IMG/VR virus record: IMGVR_UViG_3300027969_000133
Location: 1-53,796 of that record
DNA length: 53,796 bases
DNA from: a virus
Taxonomy: Duplodnaviria; Caudoviricetes
Strand: one strand, 5' to 3'
Shown: piece after piece, positions 37,601 to 45,999 of the stretch
Position numbering within the stretch: position 1 is the first letter of the stretch
Layout: the number at the start of each line of letters is the position of its first letter
The notes under the pieces: model-generated
Told to the model about the DNA's origin: nothing
Database searches by the model: none
What the model saw: only the letters and a program-made list of their open reading frames with translations
Position numbers and translations under genes: made by a program

Positions 37601-40600
37601 ATCAGTACAGCTAAATGGGCTCATTATGAGCAAGGGGATCTTGCCTACAGAGCCGGCAACTGGAATCAACTGGCCCCGGGCGCCAGCATTGACATCTGCG
37701 AGTGGGTTGAAAGTTCAATGAGTCCAACTGACTGGGCCAAAATGGCAGACACCGCAGACGGATTGTCTGCAGGAATTTCTGGACAACCTTTATACAATAA
37801 TACAGCATATTCTATTAAGCGATTTACAAATCCTAATACAGGATTATCATACGGAACAAAGTATTATTTCTGGGTTAAAGGCAAAACAATTACACCAACA
37901 GGTGTACCGGGTAGAAACATTTCTGCAGCCAGCGTTGCAACTTTAATTGAAAATCCTGCCAGCGATGGTACCCCAATACTTGCTATCATTGACACTGACA
38001 AGTTTTTAACCTACAATTTAAGTTCGGTTATTACAGGCGACTCTGCCTTAATAAACATCGAATACTACAATTCAGAACGAAGACCTAATGCAACACATAC
38101 AGAATACCAGTTACTAACAGAAGGTGTTGCAGATAGTCTGCCAAGTAATCCGCTTGAACAAAAATGGATAGACAGCCTAGTTGGATTTAATCAGGCAGGC
38201 AATCCTGTACCTGATCCTACACTATTACCTAAACAGCGTTACGGTCTAGCATTTAGACCTATACAAACAATGTTTGTTGATCGCGGGACAGCATTAAAAA
38301 TTGCAATCGATAGAAGCAACGACATACTTTTAACAAGACCGTTTGCTGATCTAATTGATTTTGAAAATTTAAATCGTATCGAAGCAATACCTAATTCAAC
38401 ACTAAACCTTTACGACTTAACAGTAGACTCATTTGTTGAATTATCAGAAGTTGGTATTATTAGAATTAGTCCAGCAGTATTAAGTGCAAATATTGTTGAC
38501 GGTGAAATAGACACTATTGACATTATTGATGCAGGCTTTGGATATCGTACAACACCTCCTGTTAAAATAGTTGGTGACGGACTCGGCGCCAAAGCCACTG
38601 TTACTCTTGACCTTCAAGGCAGAATTACCTCTGTTACTGTTGTACAGAAAGGTAGAAAATATACTACTGCTGATGTATCGGTAAGAAACTTCTCAGTATT
38701 AGTTAAAAACGATACAACCTATAACAACTACTGGTCTATCTATTTCTGGGACAGTGTTAGAGAAGGTTTCTTTAAGAGTACAGTACAATCATACGACACT
38801 ACAAAATATTGGAGTTACATTGACTGGTACGCTACCGGGTACAGTTCAGTAACTCGTATTGTAAAAGAAATATTGGATCTATACCTTGAACCTACTATTA
38901 AAATAAAAGTAGGCGATGTTATCAAGATCAAAGAATACGCAAACGGCGGCTGGGCCTTGCTTGAAAGAGTTATAGACGGCAGCGGAAATATTCTTGGCAA
39001 CTATATTTTAGTTGGTCGCAAAAACGGCACAATTAAAATTAATGAGTCAATATACAATGTCAAAGTATATGATTATCAAACTTCGTATGACGAAGTCACT
39101 TATGACAATCAACCAACGCAAGAATTAAGATTTATATTTGCTGCACTAAAGGAAAATATCTTTATTGATGATCTAAGAGCAGAGTGGAATAAATTGTTCT
39201 TTGCCAGCATTCGTTATATATTCTCGGAGCAGTTATATGTTGATTGGGCTTTTAAAACCAGTTTCTTAAATGCAATACATAACATTGGCGACTTAGAACA
39301 AAAAACAAATTACAAGAACGACAACCTTGCAAGTTTCCAAAGTTATCTAGAAGAAGTAAAACCATTTAGAACAACAATTAGGGAATACACCAGCAGGTAC
39401 ACTGATATAGATCGTCAGGGTGCAGCAATAACAGACTTTGATGTGCCACCAGCATATGATGTTAGAGAAGGGCAAATACTGCCAGTATTAGAAAATTCTA
39501 GTGTTATTGATACCTATCCTTACAAGTGGTGGAAAGACAATCACACTTATTCTATCACTGATATTGTTGTTTCTGATGCAGGAGCAGATTACAAAGATGC
39601 TCCTAAAGTTGTTATTACAGGAGATGGGTCTGGAGCAACAGCACAGGCATATATTGCCAACGGCTCTGTATCCGGAATTAAAATATTAACACCTGGTACC
39701 GGATACACTACTGCTTCGGTGAGTATTGTTGGAGGCAACGGAACATCTGCCAGCATTGCAAAAGCTGTGGCGATCATTAGTGATAGCAAAACAAGAACTT
39801 TTGATCTAACAGTTAAGTTTGATAGAATTACTAAAGAAGGCACTTACCAAGAGTACTCATACAGTCAAGAGTTTGTTGCTAATGGATTTACATCAATATT
39901 TGAATTAAGTTATCCTCCAGTACGAGATAAGACAAAAATTGCAGTAACCATCAATGACGAAATTATATTAGATAGTGCATATGTAATTACATTTTATAAA
40001 TCTAGCACAGACGAATATAGTTTGTTAAGAGGTAAATTAAAACTATTATCTTTGCCAACTTCCGGTGATGTTATAATAATTGTCTACGAAAAAGCCGATG
40101 AAATATTAGAAGCAGTTGATAGAATTAACAAATACTACAGCCCAACTAAAGGCATGATTGGTAAAGAGATCAACCAACTAATGACAGGTATTGACTTTGG
40201 TGGAGTGCAAATCCAAGGAACTACATTTGATGTTTCGGGTGGTTGGGATGCCCTTCCGTGGTTTACTGACACCTGGGATTCTGTAGAAGCTAACTCAGAC
40301 TTCTATTATGTAGTCGATACTCAACCGTATACATTAACTGGTGTCGACAGTCGATCAATTACTTGGAAAGCAGGTTCTGTAGTTCAATACGGAAACAAGC
40401 AATATCGTGCAGTAGTTGACAATGCTGATAAACCTCCAGTTGAGTTTCCGGCCGTTTGGGAAGAATTAACAATTCTATTACCGTTTACTCCTACAATAGG
40501 GCAACAGTTATCTGTTTATCTAAAGCGTACCGGATTGGGATCTCCTAGAAGTATTGATACATTAGATTCCGCAGGAGCCCCAGTGGTGGTCTACGATCAA

Positions 40601-43012
40601 GGTATAGAAGAATCTCGTACCATCCGCATAGACGATCCAAATTTTGGAGGTGCTGGAGTTACAAACTTATCAGCTGTTATGCCTACTGTTATAGGCGACG
40701 GCTCTACAAACAGCGTTGATGTTCAGCGGTATGTTCAGATAGAAAATGGAGATACACTGATATTCCGCCCAATGGATAGTGACGGTACAGTTAATATCAC
40801 TGACATTAATATTATTGATACAAATTTAACTGGCGGTTCGTTGAGTGCAGTCAGCGGAGCATATATTACAGCCACAGGCACAGCATCAGAAGACATTGTA
40901 GTCGATGGCAGCAAATTTATCAGTCCAGATCAAATACCTGCACCAGAAGAAAATATTCCGGGACAGGTCATAGACAGTGTTTCTATCAAAGTATTCCATA
41001 CAGTTCAAACTGGTGCAACACCGTTACAGTCTCGTATATTAAAGAGTAATGGAAGAGACAAGCGTTTTGCTATCGGACTAACTGTGCTTGATAGTGCATC
41101 TGTGATGGTATATGTTGATAAAGTAAAATGCGAAATTAATTCAGCAGACAGCAGCATAGAATATATCATAGATTATAACACCAACGAAGTGGTGTTTACT
41201 AATGCTCCAATACACAATTCAGTGATTGAAATTATTTCTATCGGTGTTGGCGGCGCAGCTCTACTTGACTATCAAGAATTTGAAGCCGACGGCGATACAC
41301 TATTTTTCTTAACTAGAGCAAATTTTGCTGATACAGCATCGGTGGTTGTTACGGTTGATGGCGTCGATGTTGACGCACTTCCTATCAATAGTTCTGAAGT
41401 ATTGGATATCACAAACAAAACACTAATACAGTTTGCCAACAAACCAGAGCGCCGACAGATTGTAAAAATTGTTTGTCTAGGAGCCATTTTGGATGTTGAC
41501 TCGTCAGCCAACTCGTTAGTACGAGTTAATCAACAAACTCTAGTATTTGACGGAAGCACATTGAGTTACGATTTAGATCAATTTGTAAATCTAGAAAGAG
41601 CTAGTGCATCTGGTGCCGTCCTAGTTGAAATTAATGGTATCCAATTAAAAGGTGTTGATACTGAATTTGCGGTATATGACGGAACTAATAATGTTATTTT
41701 AATAGGGCAAGATCCTATTGAAGCTCCTAACACTGCTACACAAACCAATATTCAGGTTTATGTCAACAATGAATTAAAAAGAAATATTCTTGATTATGTC
41801 TATAACGGAAATGAAAATACAATAACAGTCGACACCGAAGTACTGGCAATCAACGATGAGATCAAAGTCATTGTTGATATTAGAAGTCAATATACCTTTA
41901 CAGGAAATAACATTGTTTTTAACGGAACTAGTTTTGTGGAAAACGATAGTACAACTACACTTCAAGAAGGGGATCAGATTACAGTTACTTGGTTTAGTGA
42001 ATATCCAAGTATGAATATCATATCCGATCAATATACTGGAGGAAAAGTTCAGTATCAATTGGCAAGAGAACCAGTTAGTGCCAGTTATATCTGGATCTAT
42101 AAAAATGGTCATCGTCTAACACAAGATCAAGACTATGAGGTATCCATTCCTAGAAATGTTGTCTACTTAAAAACCACATCAGTAATCAATGACGAAATTA
42201 AAATTGTACAGTTTGGCAACTATCTAAGGCGTGCTCCGTTAGCATATGAGGTGTTTAAAGACATGTTAAACATCTATCATTTCAAACGATTCAGCATTGA
42301 TAAAGCTGTAACACTATCTCAAGATTTAAATTATTACGATCAAGTAATGTATGTTACAGACACTGCTGATTTATTTGATCCAATTAAATCTAGAAATATT
42401 CCCGGAACTGTTTATATCAACGGTGAGCGTATTGACTACTTTGAGAAAACTGCTACTACATTATCTCAGCTGAGAAGAGGCACTAACGGCACATCAATTA
42501 AAGAAACTCATGCTATAGGCAGCAATGTAGTTGATGTTGGTAGAGTTGAAAGTCTTCCGTACAACGAAAGCCAAGAAAGGCTAGACTTTGTCAGCGACGG
42601 AAGTAGCTTATTAGTTGGTCCGTTAAACTATGTTCCAGAAGCAGCAACCAGAGCTGATTGGACAAGAACGACCATTCCTGTAGGTTACGAACCTTGCGAT
42701 CAAATTGAAGTATTTGCCGCAGGTCGACGCTTAAGAAAAGACCCCATAACAGTCTACGATCAAGCAATTAATATTACCAGTCCACAAGCTGATAAAGTGT
42801 TAGAAGCTGAATTCAGTGTAGACGGTGTAAACGATTATATTCGATTAACATCTACGGTACCTGCAGGAACACGCATCACTGTTATTAGAAGAATTGGTAA
42901 AACTTGGTATGATAGAGGAGAAACAACTGCTTCGTCAGGTATTACTCTGTTGAAAAACACAAGTTCTATTGCTGAATTTCTAAAACAAAAGAGCACCGAA
43001 CTGCCTGAATAA
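28655..43012 (+). CDS. Giant 4785-aa baseplate-associated structural protein (gp7 position), multidomain
   Basis: Uninterrupted ORF after gp6; FG-GAP-like repeats, short aromatic CBM-like modules, cupredoxin-like modules, I.I...G.GY..P.V.I.G.G.GA repeats. Confidence 0.8.
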   Translation: MANEIFPASGLPIRRTVDLLPQVFKTETNSKFMAGVIDPLVQPGVLQKTVGYVGRRYGKTYKGSDIYLDSDNTLRSRYQLEPGVVLSDDRGNIENFYDYIDFKNQLRFFNNLNERDDLITSQDHYSWNPPIEWDKFVNFREYYWVPNGPPSVKVLGQGDAITSTYRVRQGTTSTWIFYPDGSTNNPTLTLYRGQTYNFAVNSPREGFYIRTAFDTGSLKYNPFLPYIPNQLAVYDGKLWRALTYVTASIDGTIVEGPEWEIVDENVQTSKFDYFNGVTNNGAVNGTVTFEVPFDAPDILYYQSAINPDRFGRFLIQDIEENTSINIDKEIIGKQNYTSSNGVEFTNGLIVRFGGKVTPTKYVKDNWLVEKVGREITLIKFSDLTVPIITSQIPEVIFDNTGFDTDPFDDATSYPGEKDYIIVCRASIDANPWSRYNRWFHKSTLEQAHKLNGTDFEAGDSFRAKRPIIEFRPNLQLFNHGSIAKTPVDFIDTFTTDIFSTIEGSQGYSVDGEFLYQGARVLFVADTDQLANNKIYQVNFITHNNVRQITLRATVDSDPILGEGVLVKSGNNNKGLMYHFTGVNWVPSQEKTKANQLPLFDLFDNNGISFSETATYPSSTFAGSPIVSYKVGNSIADSELGFSLDYLNIDNVGDISFTYNLDRDSFSYSVNQETITKNLNTGFYRFNPLDEFANGWTKSDSDYQQPILDSVVVTEATNKITLATVDWIAFSSLPSTVIFYLNGQRHFDSYTRENGIFTFANTFAVNDVVSIKMYIDIDPDQGYYQIPHGLEKNPLNDNLTDFTLGQAIDHLSSAMEIETQFLGVYPGTSNLRNIDGYQNRCMRFLKHSGIAPMAVSLLCDKNINIVKSIQHSLRAYSNFKNEFLKRIAEISPLDNIVDFVDEVMSAMTVTKDSSDPFADSDMIGNGAHADIVYLVEDEGIKVFALSQTFNLTELSRRAVYVYRNGEQLIHGTDYVFDGTFGFVRLSLTLTEGDQIVIREYTSTAFNYIPSTPTKLGLYKKYLPRIYLDDTFVTPRLVIQGHDGSITAAYDDYRDDAILELELRIYNNIKQEYNENIFNIDTVFGGYYGNALYTKPELDAIVIQDFLRWVSNTDIDYTNNDQYFDTQNSFTYTYSNMTDPTKLQSLPGYWRGVYQWFYDTDRPHICPWEMLGFSEKPTWWESEYGPAPYTRGNLILWEDIRDGVIRQGTRAGTHSRYARSSILDHIPTDGDGRLLSPLDSGIANDFTLINNQGDYRPGDVSPVEAAWRSSSEWPFSVMVALCLLKPFEFITDSFDRSRMSVNQLGQTVFADSGVFSKISNLLVPVVGGTQLSGLVTFVSSYVRSKNLDPQVLLTRLNNLDVKISTRMSGFVDQTEQKYLLDSKNPSATSSSIYVPNENYDVIFNVGVPMIGIAYSGVLIEKLAEGWKIKGYDNQQPYFNYFKPIASSSDPLTSVGGTSASFLDWAADKVYSNGDIVRTQNIFYRALKSHTSTGVFDKTLWKTLPKLPVVGGVEAYFRKTFSQLKPTQLYYGTVITTIQGVVDFLLGYQAYLKTQGFSFDRYDAENQVAYNWGTSCKEFLFWTKHNWAVGSLLTLSPSAGQVDMEIPLGVADSLFDSFYDYQIFKSDGAPLLPIFLNVNRDFQSVKVSTVNTNEGIYFIKVYFVLKEHITVFDDRTVFNDVIYDKTTGYRQERIKSRGFRTVDWDGDYTSPGFLFDNVNIQVWSPYTDYRLGDIVSYKSYNWVSKRNQQGAELFDTTIWEKLDTTPTKGLVANFDYRINQFEDYYDVDADGLGSSQRDLSRHVIGYQTREYLQNMAEDAVSQFKLYQGFIREKGTANAITKVFDKLSRTNTGSIELNEEWAFRVGRLGGTEQFNETEFRILKNDFKINPQPVIIAPTDASTDVLDLYMRVPEKNFTIAPIPFTANINPVKKYKLTPRTAGYVNSFDVDFAVKNYDDILTLNISEFEENSHVWITFYNTSWTVLRYNISKLLLITNITVVKTRVEISLGRSHGLSVGDIFGVRNIENLEGFYKITEVPDRRTVVIQISKDAKEPKWQADDIINLECFTSARFPTYQSVDLAIAASLTSGAKFWIDTNESNNWEVVEKQKIFSATEISEYGVTSPKGNGTAVLYIDILTQIVSSMPESNRVVSYLERSDGLKPFQTFERPNSISAAAYNVFGESLAVSPDGKWLAIGSPRATAVRSDYQGIYNSDLDYFQGNIVLHKGKLWRAKVDIYAQDYTGADSTHVGADSTFARIDTTMEDWEPALVITANQQGSSTGYQYQGAVSLYEWSGQSWVERYSFVSPRQNTNEQFGSKITIGVDSGNYYMAISAPGAENNKGRVYLYKYAPLTTNTSETVTYKITVAPPQGMEAGYKYYINEQYRPNLSLTVGNTYIFDQTDLSNVYYPNPVDGTVTNKHPLNFSNDNINGVLGGGTLYTTGVTYLIDNRTVTQAQYIAGFATATTRKVQITVTENTSSILYYYSSATLNMGNSIIRKYPNIAKEWQLIENQNFKGVYDNSGARFYEAGAIVWYNNALWQSLEDQTGDGSTISVNSNQWTRLDPISTQSSLPTNIALEDDSSDPTVGSLLSNQVAELVKEGDKFGTSMTMSRDGMTLVIGSPTSDGQYFTNYRGVWNSYQTYKINDVVKQSGVYRRLSTATSIGADPDNGSPWTLVAAVSTATSGKIYIYKMNAYGFYSLIQTINAGSLPAVNDLAPTEIINSGDLFGFSIDIDNSGNVIVVSSPQADSNLQNQGSVYIFKYDDTEYRLKQKLQSYEIYNNELFGFSVSISERGERVVVGAKNTPYKLPTRFDLALGTRFDGNRTTFSEDQGYPGQVYVFELKDQTYILSEKLEADITNNEGFGYSLDSTASVILTGSPSYATSGMTRIFRKDVTKDSFTVVAEESPMVNINLLKSVALYDDEHYLKIADLDIIDVNKLKILGRAEQEIKFKTLYDPASYTNGTTEVEVDADRAWFEKNVGVIWWNISTAKWAHYEQGDLAYRAGNWNQLAPGASIDICEWVESSMSPTDWAKMADTADGLSAGISGQPLYNNTAYSIKRFTNPNTGLSYGTKYYFWVKGKTITPTGVPGRNISAASVATLIENPASDGTPILAIIDTDKFLTYNLSSVITGDSALINIEYYNSERRPNATHTEYQLLTEGVADSLPSNPLEQKWIDSLVGFNQAGNPVPDPTLLPKQRYGLAFRPIQTMFVDRGTALKIAIDRSNDILLTRPFADLIDFENLNRIEAIPNSTLNLYDLTVDSFVELSEVGIIRISPAVLSANIVDGEIDTIDIIDAGFGYRTTPPVKIVGDGLGAKATVTLDLQGRITSVTVVQKGRKYTTADVSVRNFSVLVKNDTTYNNYWSIYFWDSVREGFFKSTVQSYDTTKYWSYIDWYATGYSSVTRIVKEILDLYLEPTIKIKVGDVIKIKEYANGGWALLERVIDGSGNILGNYILVGRKNGTIKINESIYNVKVYDYQTSYDEVTYDNQPTQELRFIFAALKENIFIDDLRAEWNKLFFASIRYIFSEQLYVDWAFKTSFLNAIHNIGDLEQKTNYKNDNLASFQSYLEEVKPFRTTIREYTSRYTDIDRQGAAITDFDVPPAYDVREGQILPVLENSSVIDTYPYKWWKDNHTYSITDIVVSDAGADYKDAPKVVITGDGSGATAQAYIANGSVSGIKILTPGTGYTTASVSIVGGNGTSASIAKAVAIISDSKTRTFDLTVKFDRITKEGTYQEYSYSQEFVANGFTSIFELSYPPVRDKTKIAVTINDEIILDSAYVITFYKSSTDEYSLLRGKLKLLSLPTSGDVIIIVYEKADEILEAVDRINKYYSPTKGMIGKEINQLMTGIDFGGVQIQGTTFDVSGGWDALPWFTDTWDSVEANSDFYYVVDTQPYTLTGVDSRSITWKAGSVVQYGNKQYRAVVDNADKPPVEFPAVWEELTILLPFTPTIGQQLSVYLKRTGLGSPRSIDTLDSAGAPVVVYDQGIEESRTIRIDDPNFGGAGVTNLSAVMPTVIGDGSTNSVDVQRYVQIENGDTLIFRPMDSDGTVNITDINIIDTNLTGGSLSAVSGAYITATGTASEDIVVDGSKFISPDQIPAPEENIPGQVIDSVSIKVFHTVQTGATPLQSRILKSNGRDKRFAIGLTVLDSASVMVYVDKVKCEINSADSSIEYIIDYNTNEVVFTNAPIHNSVIEIISIGVGGAALLDYQEFEADGDTLFFLTRANFADTASVVVTVDGVDVDALPINSSEVLDITNKTLIQFANKPERRQIVKIVCLGAILDVDSSANSLVRVNQQTLVFDGSTLSYDLDQFVNLERASASGAVLVEINGIQLKGVDTEFAVYDGTNNVILIGQDPIEAPNTATQTNIQVYVNNELKRNILDYVYNGNENTITVDTEVLAINDEIKVIVDIRSQYTFTGNNIVFNGTSFVENDSTTTLQEGDQITVTWFSEYPSMNIISDQYTGGKVQYQLAREPVSASYIWIYKNGHRLTQDQDYEVSIPRNVVYLKTTSVINDEIKIVQFGNYLRRAPLAYEVFKDMLNIYHFKRFSIDKAVTLSQDLNYYDQVMYVTDTADLFDPIKSRNIPGTVYINGERIDYFEKTATTLSQLRRGTNGTSIKETHAIGSNVVDVGRVESLPYNESQERLDFVSDGSSLLVGPLNYVPEAATRADWTRTTIPVGYEPCDQIEVFAAGRRLRKDPITVYDQAINITSPQADKVLEAEFSVDGVNDYIRLTSTVPAGTRITVIRRIGKTWYDRGETTASSGITLLKNTSSIAEFLKQKSTELPE

Positions 43013-43015
43013 ATA
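43008..43015 (+). promoter_or_regulatory. Candidate late promoter AATAAATA
   Basis: Overlaps the stop of the giant gene, 4 nt before the next ATG. Confidence 0.55.
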
Positions 43016-43019
43016 TACT

Positions 43020-43685
43020 ATGGAACAGAAAAACACAAGTGAATTAACTATGAAAAACGAAAAACCAAAGGAAAATTCTCAACCTAACGAGACTGCGGGA
43101 TGGCATTTTGAAGGCCATATCAAGATTTTTGACCCTGAAACCGGCGAAGTATTTCAAGACAAGCGTAATGCTATTCACTATGAAAATATGAGTGTTGCTA
43201 TGGTTAACAGTCTAAGCAATCAAGGGCAGGGGTGGATTTACCAAATGGCCTTCGGCAGCGGCGGAACTACTGTCGATCCTACCGGCCTAATTACCTATCT
43301 AACGCCTAATACTGTTGGAGTAAACACTGGTTTGTATAATCAAACCTACGCTAAAATTGTTGATCAAAATTCTATTGAGAATGTGGACCCAACAAGAAAC
43401 AAAATGGAAATTCGACATATCAGCGGAGCAACTTACAGCGATATTGTTATTAGCTGCTTATTAGATTACGGCGAGCCAGTTGGTCAGCAGGCCTTTGATA
43501 ACAGTGTTGACATGAACAGTAGCTATGTTTTTGATGAGCTAGGTCTTAAAAGCTACAATCCAAATGGAGAAGGTAAATTGCTTACTCATGTAGTATTCCA
43601 TCCTGTACAAAAGTCGTTAAACAGACTGCTTCAAGTGGATTATACAATCCGTGTACAGAGCTTAACTGGTTTCACAGAGGTATAA
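43020..43685 (+). CDS. Baseplate-associated structural protein
   Basis: MAFGSGG, FDELGL, LLTHVVFHPVQKSLNR...DYTI resemble tail-fibre attachment domains; position in operon. Confidence 0.65.
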   Translation: MEQKNTSELTMKNEKPKENSQPNETAGWHFEGHIKIFDPETGEVFQDKRNAIHYENMSVAMVNSLSNQGQGWIYQMAFGSGGTTVDPTGLITYLTPNTVGVNTGLYNQTYAKIVDQNSIENVDPTRNKMEIRHISGATYSDIVISCLLDYGEPVGQQAFDNSVDMNSSYVFDELGLKSYNPNGEGKLLTHVVFHPVQKSLNRLLQVDYTIRVQSLTGFTEV

Positions 43686-43688
43686 TAA

Positions 43689-45989
43689 ATGCCATACATC
43701 ATAAATTTTACCGACAGAGAAAACAAGACCCCGATTACGGTCTATGATAATACTTCTAATGCAGACACAAGTTTAGACTTTCCAGGCCGCAATGTTACAG
43801 GTTACGGACAAATTATTGCTGAAAACTTTTTAGCATTGTTAGAAAACTTTGCCAGCGGGTCAGCCCCAGCAAACCCAGTTGAAGGTCAACTGTGGTACAA
43901 TTCTCTAGAAGGCATTTTACAAATTTGGGATAACACCCAATGGAAAGCAGCCAGTAATATTCAAAAAAGTACCAGCGAACCTTCAGTAGAATCTGCTAGA
44001 GTTGGCGAACTCTGGGTTGACACAACTAACCAACAGTTATATGTATTTTCTGGATCAAGTTGGATTTTAGTCGGACCTAACTTTTCTACAGGTTTGCAAT
44101 CTGGTCCTGTTGTAGAATCTATTATTGATAGCGATAACTTTGATAGAGTTATTGTAACCTTTTATGTAGAAGACAAACCAATTATTGTTATCAGTAAAGA
44201 CAGCTTTACTCCTAAAAATTCTATTAACGGCTTCTCAGCAATTAAAACGGGTATCAACATTACTAGCCTTGATATTGGCGAAGGCGGCTTCCTACCAAAA
44301 TTTTACGGAACAGCAATTGCTGCAGATTCACTAAATGTTGCAGGTACCGCGGTTGCCGCATCTAAGTTTTTAAGATCAGATACTACTAATACAACTGAAC
44401 AAAATTTCAATATTAGAAATAATGCAGGTCTTACAATCGGTATTGATGGGACATTTAGTTTAACTTCAACCTCAACAGCCGCTAAGATATACAACGCCAC
44501 AGCAGGTGCTAGTATTGATCTTCAAACTAACCGAAACGGTGTTCCAGATACTGTTCTAAAAATTGTTAACAACACAGTGGGTGTTAATGTAGCCGCACCC
44601 GACGAAGCACTGGTTGTCAGCGGCAATATTAAAACTGACGGCAGTTTAATTCTCACTGGAATTGCTGAAAGCACCAACTTTAATAACGGTAGCTTTAGAA
44701 CCGCAGGCGGTATAGCAGTAACTAAAAATGCTCTTATCGGCAAGAACATTGATATTTACGGCCAAACAATTACAACTTCTATTGAGCCGAGAGAAACAGA
44801 AAGATACGACAGTGGAAGTTTAACAAGACGATGGAACACTGTTAGGACTAAAACTCTTATTGCAGATACTTTAGTTGGAGCACTGGAAGGTAATATTATT
44901 GGTAACGCCACTACTGCAACCAACCTGCGTTTTCCAACAACTTTTAAAATGCAGGGAGATGTAACTTCTGCAAATATCACATTTGACGGACAAGTTGGCG
45001 GTACTACAAAGACCTTTGACACAGTTATTACTTCTGGAATTATTTCCAGTAAAGTTCAACCTAGTCCTAATGTATCAAAAGCTGATGATTATGTACTTGT
45101 CTTTAGATCAGGCGAAGGTCTATTAAAAGAAACTAGAGATGTGTTTGTTGGGGATCTTGGAGTGCCAGTTGGTACAATTTTGCCATTTGCCGGATCTGCA
45201 GCACCCTATGGTTATCTATTGTGTGACGGCAGCGAACAAGAAATTTCCAAATATCTAGCATTATATAATGTTATTGGTAATATCTACGGAACAGCATTTA
45301 GAGGCCAACAAATTCCAACTTCGTTGACTTTTGTATTGCCTGACATGCGTGGTCGCTTTCCTCTAGGTAAACACGACATGGATAACAACAACACCGTTCC
45401 ATTAGGTGGCGGATTTACAGATGCTGGCGGCGGATTGCCTAGTAGTGAAGCTATTCCGGCAGGCAGATTTGTTGTAGGTCGTAGATACACGATTGCCAGC
45501 GTTGGTTCAACTAACTGGACTAATCAATCAATTCCCGGTACTTGGGTAGGTGCTATTTCTTCAGCAGTCGGTACTACATTTACTGCTGTTGCGGTAGGCA
45601 CAGGTACAGGCTCGGCAACATTAGTTCCAAGAATTGATGATGCACAAGCTTCTACTTTAGGCGGAGCCAGCGGCGATTATAGAAACACTTTAACCGCAAC
45701 TAACCTTCCACAACACGAACACAACTTTAAAGCACTAAATGATGCAGGAGTTAGCGGAAGTAATCAATATCATGCAACACGATTAGACACAGCTAGTCCT
45801 TCATCAATTGATCCGGGAGAAGGAGCCTTCCTTGGCCGAGGCCCTACAACTCCGGGCCAAATGCAATATCTCCCAAGTAGCGGCGGAGTATTGGGTTATA
45901 CAACACCACAGTTAGGACAGAGTTTTTCAATTATGAATCCCTACTTAACACTGAACTATATTATTCGTTCAGGTCCACCAGTATTCTAA
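43689..45989 (+). CDS. Short tail fibre-like protein with tail-collar domain
   Basis: PVGTILPFAG..AP.GYLLCDG, LPDMRGRFPLG, NLPQHEH, NPYLTLNYII. Confidence 0.85.
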   Translation: MPYIINFTDRENKTPITVYDNTSNADTSLDFPGRNVTGYGQIIAENFLALLENFASGSAPANPVEGQLWYNSLEGILQIWDNTQWKAASNIQKSTSEPSVESARVGELWVDTTNQQLYVFSGSSWILVGPNFSTGLQSGPVVESIIDSDNFDRVIVTFYVEDKPIIVISKDSFTPKNSINGFSAIKTGINITSLDIGEGGFLPKFYGTAIAADSLNVAGTAVAASKFLRSDTTNTTEQNFNIRNNAGLTIGIDGTFSLTSTSTAAKIYNATAGASIDLQTNRNGVPDTVLKIVNNTVGVNVAAPDEALVVSGNIKTDGSLILTGIAESTNFNNGSFRTAGGIAVTKNALIGKNIDIYGQTITTSIEPRETERYDSGSLTRRWNTVRTKTLIADTLVGALEGNIIGNATTATNLRFPTTFKMQGDVTSANITFDGQVGGTTKTFDTVITSGIISSKVQPSPNVSKADDYVLVFRSGEGLLKETRDVFVGDLGVPVGTILPFAGSAAPYGYLLCDGSEQEISKYLALYNVIGNIYGTAFRGQQIPTSLTFVLPDMRGRFPLGKHDMDNNNTVPLGGGFTDAGGGLPSSEAIPAGRFVVGRRYTIASVGSTNWTNQSIPGTWVGAISSAVGTTFTAVAVGTGTGSATLVPRIDDAQASTLGGASGDYRNTLTATNLPQHEHNFKALNDAGVSGSNQYHATRLDTASPSSIDPGEGAFLGRGPTTPGQMQYLPSSGGVLGYTTPQLGQSFSIMNPYLTLNYIIRSGPPVF

Positions 45990-45999
45990 GAGATAAAAT

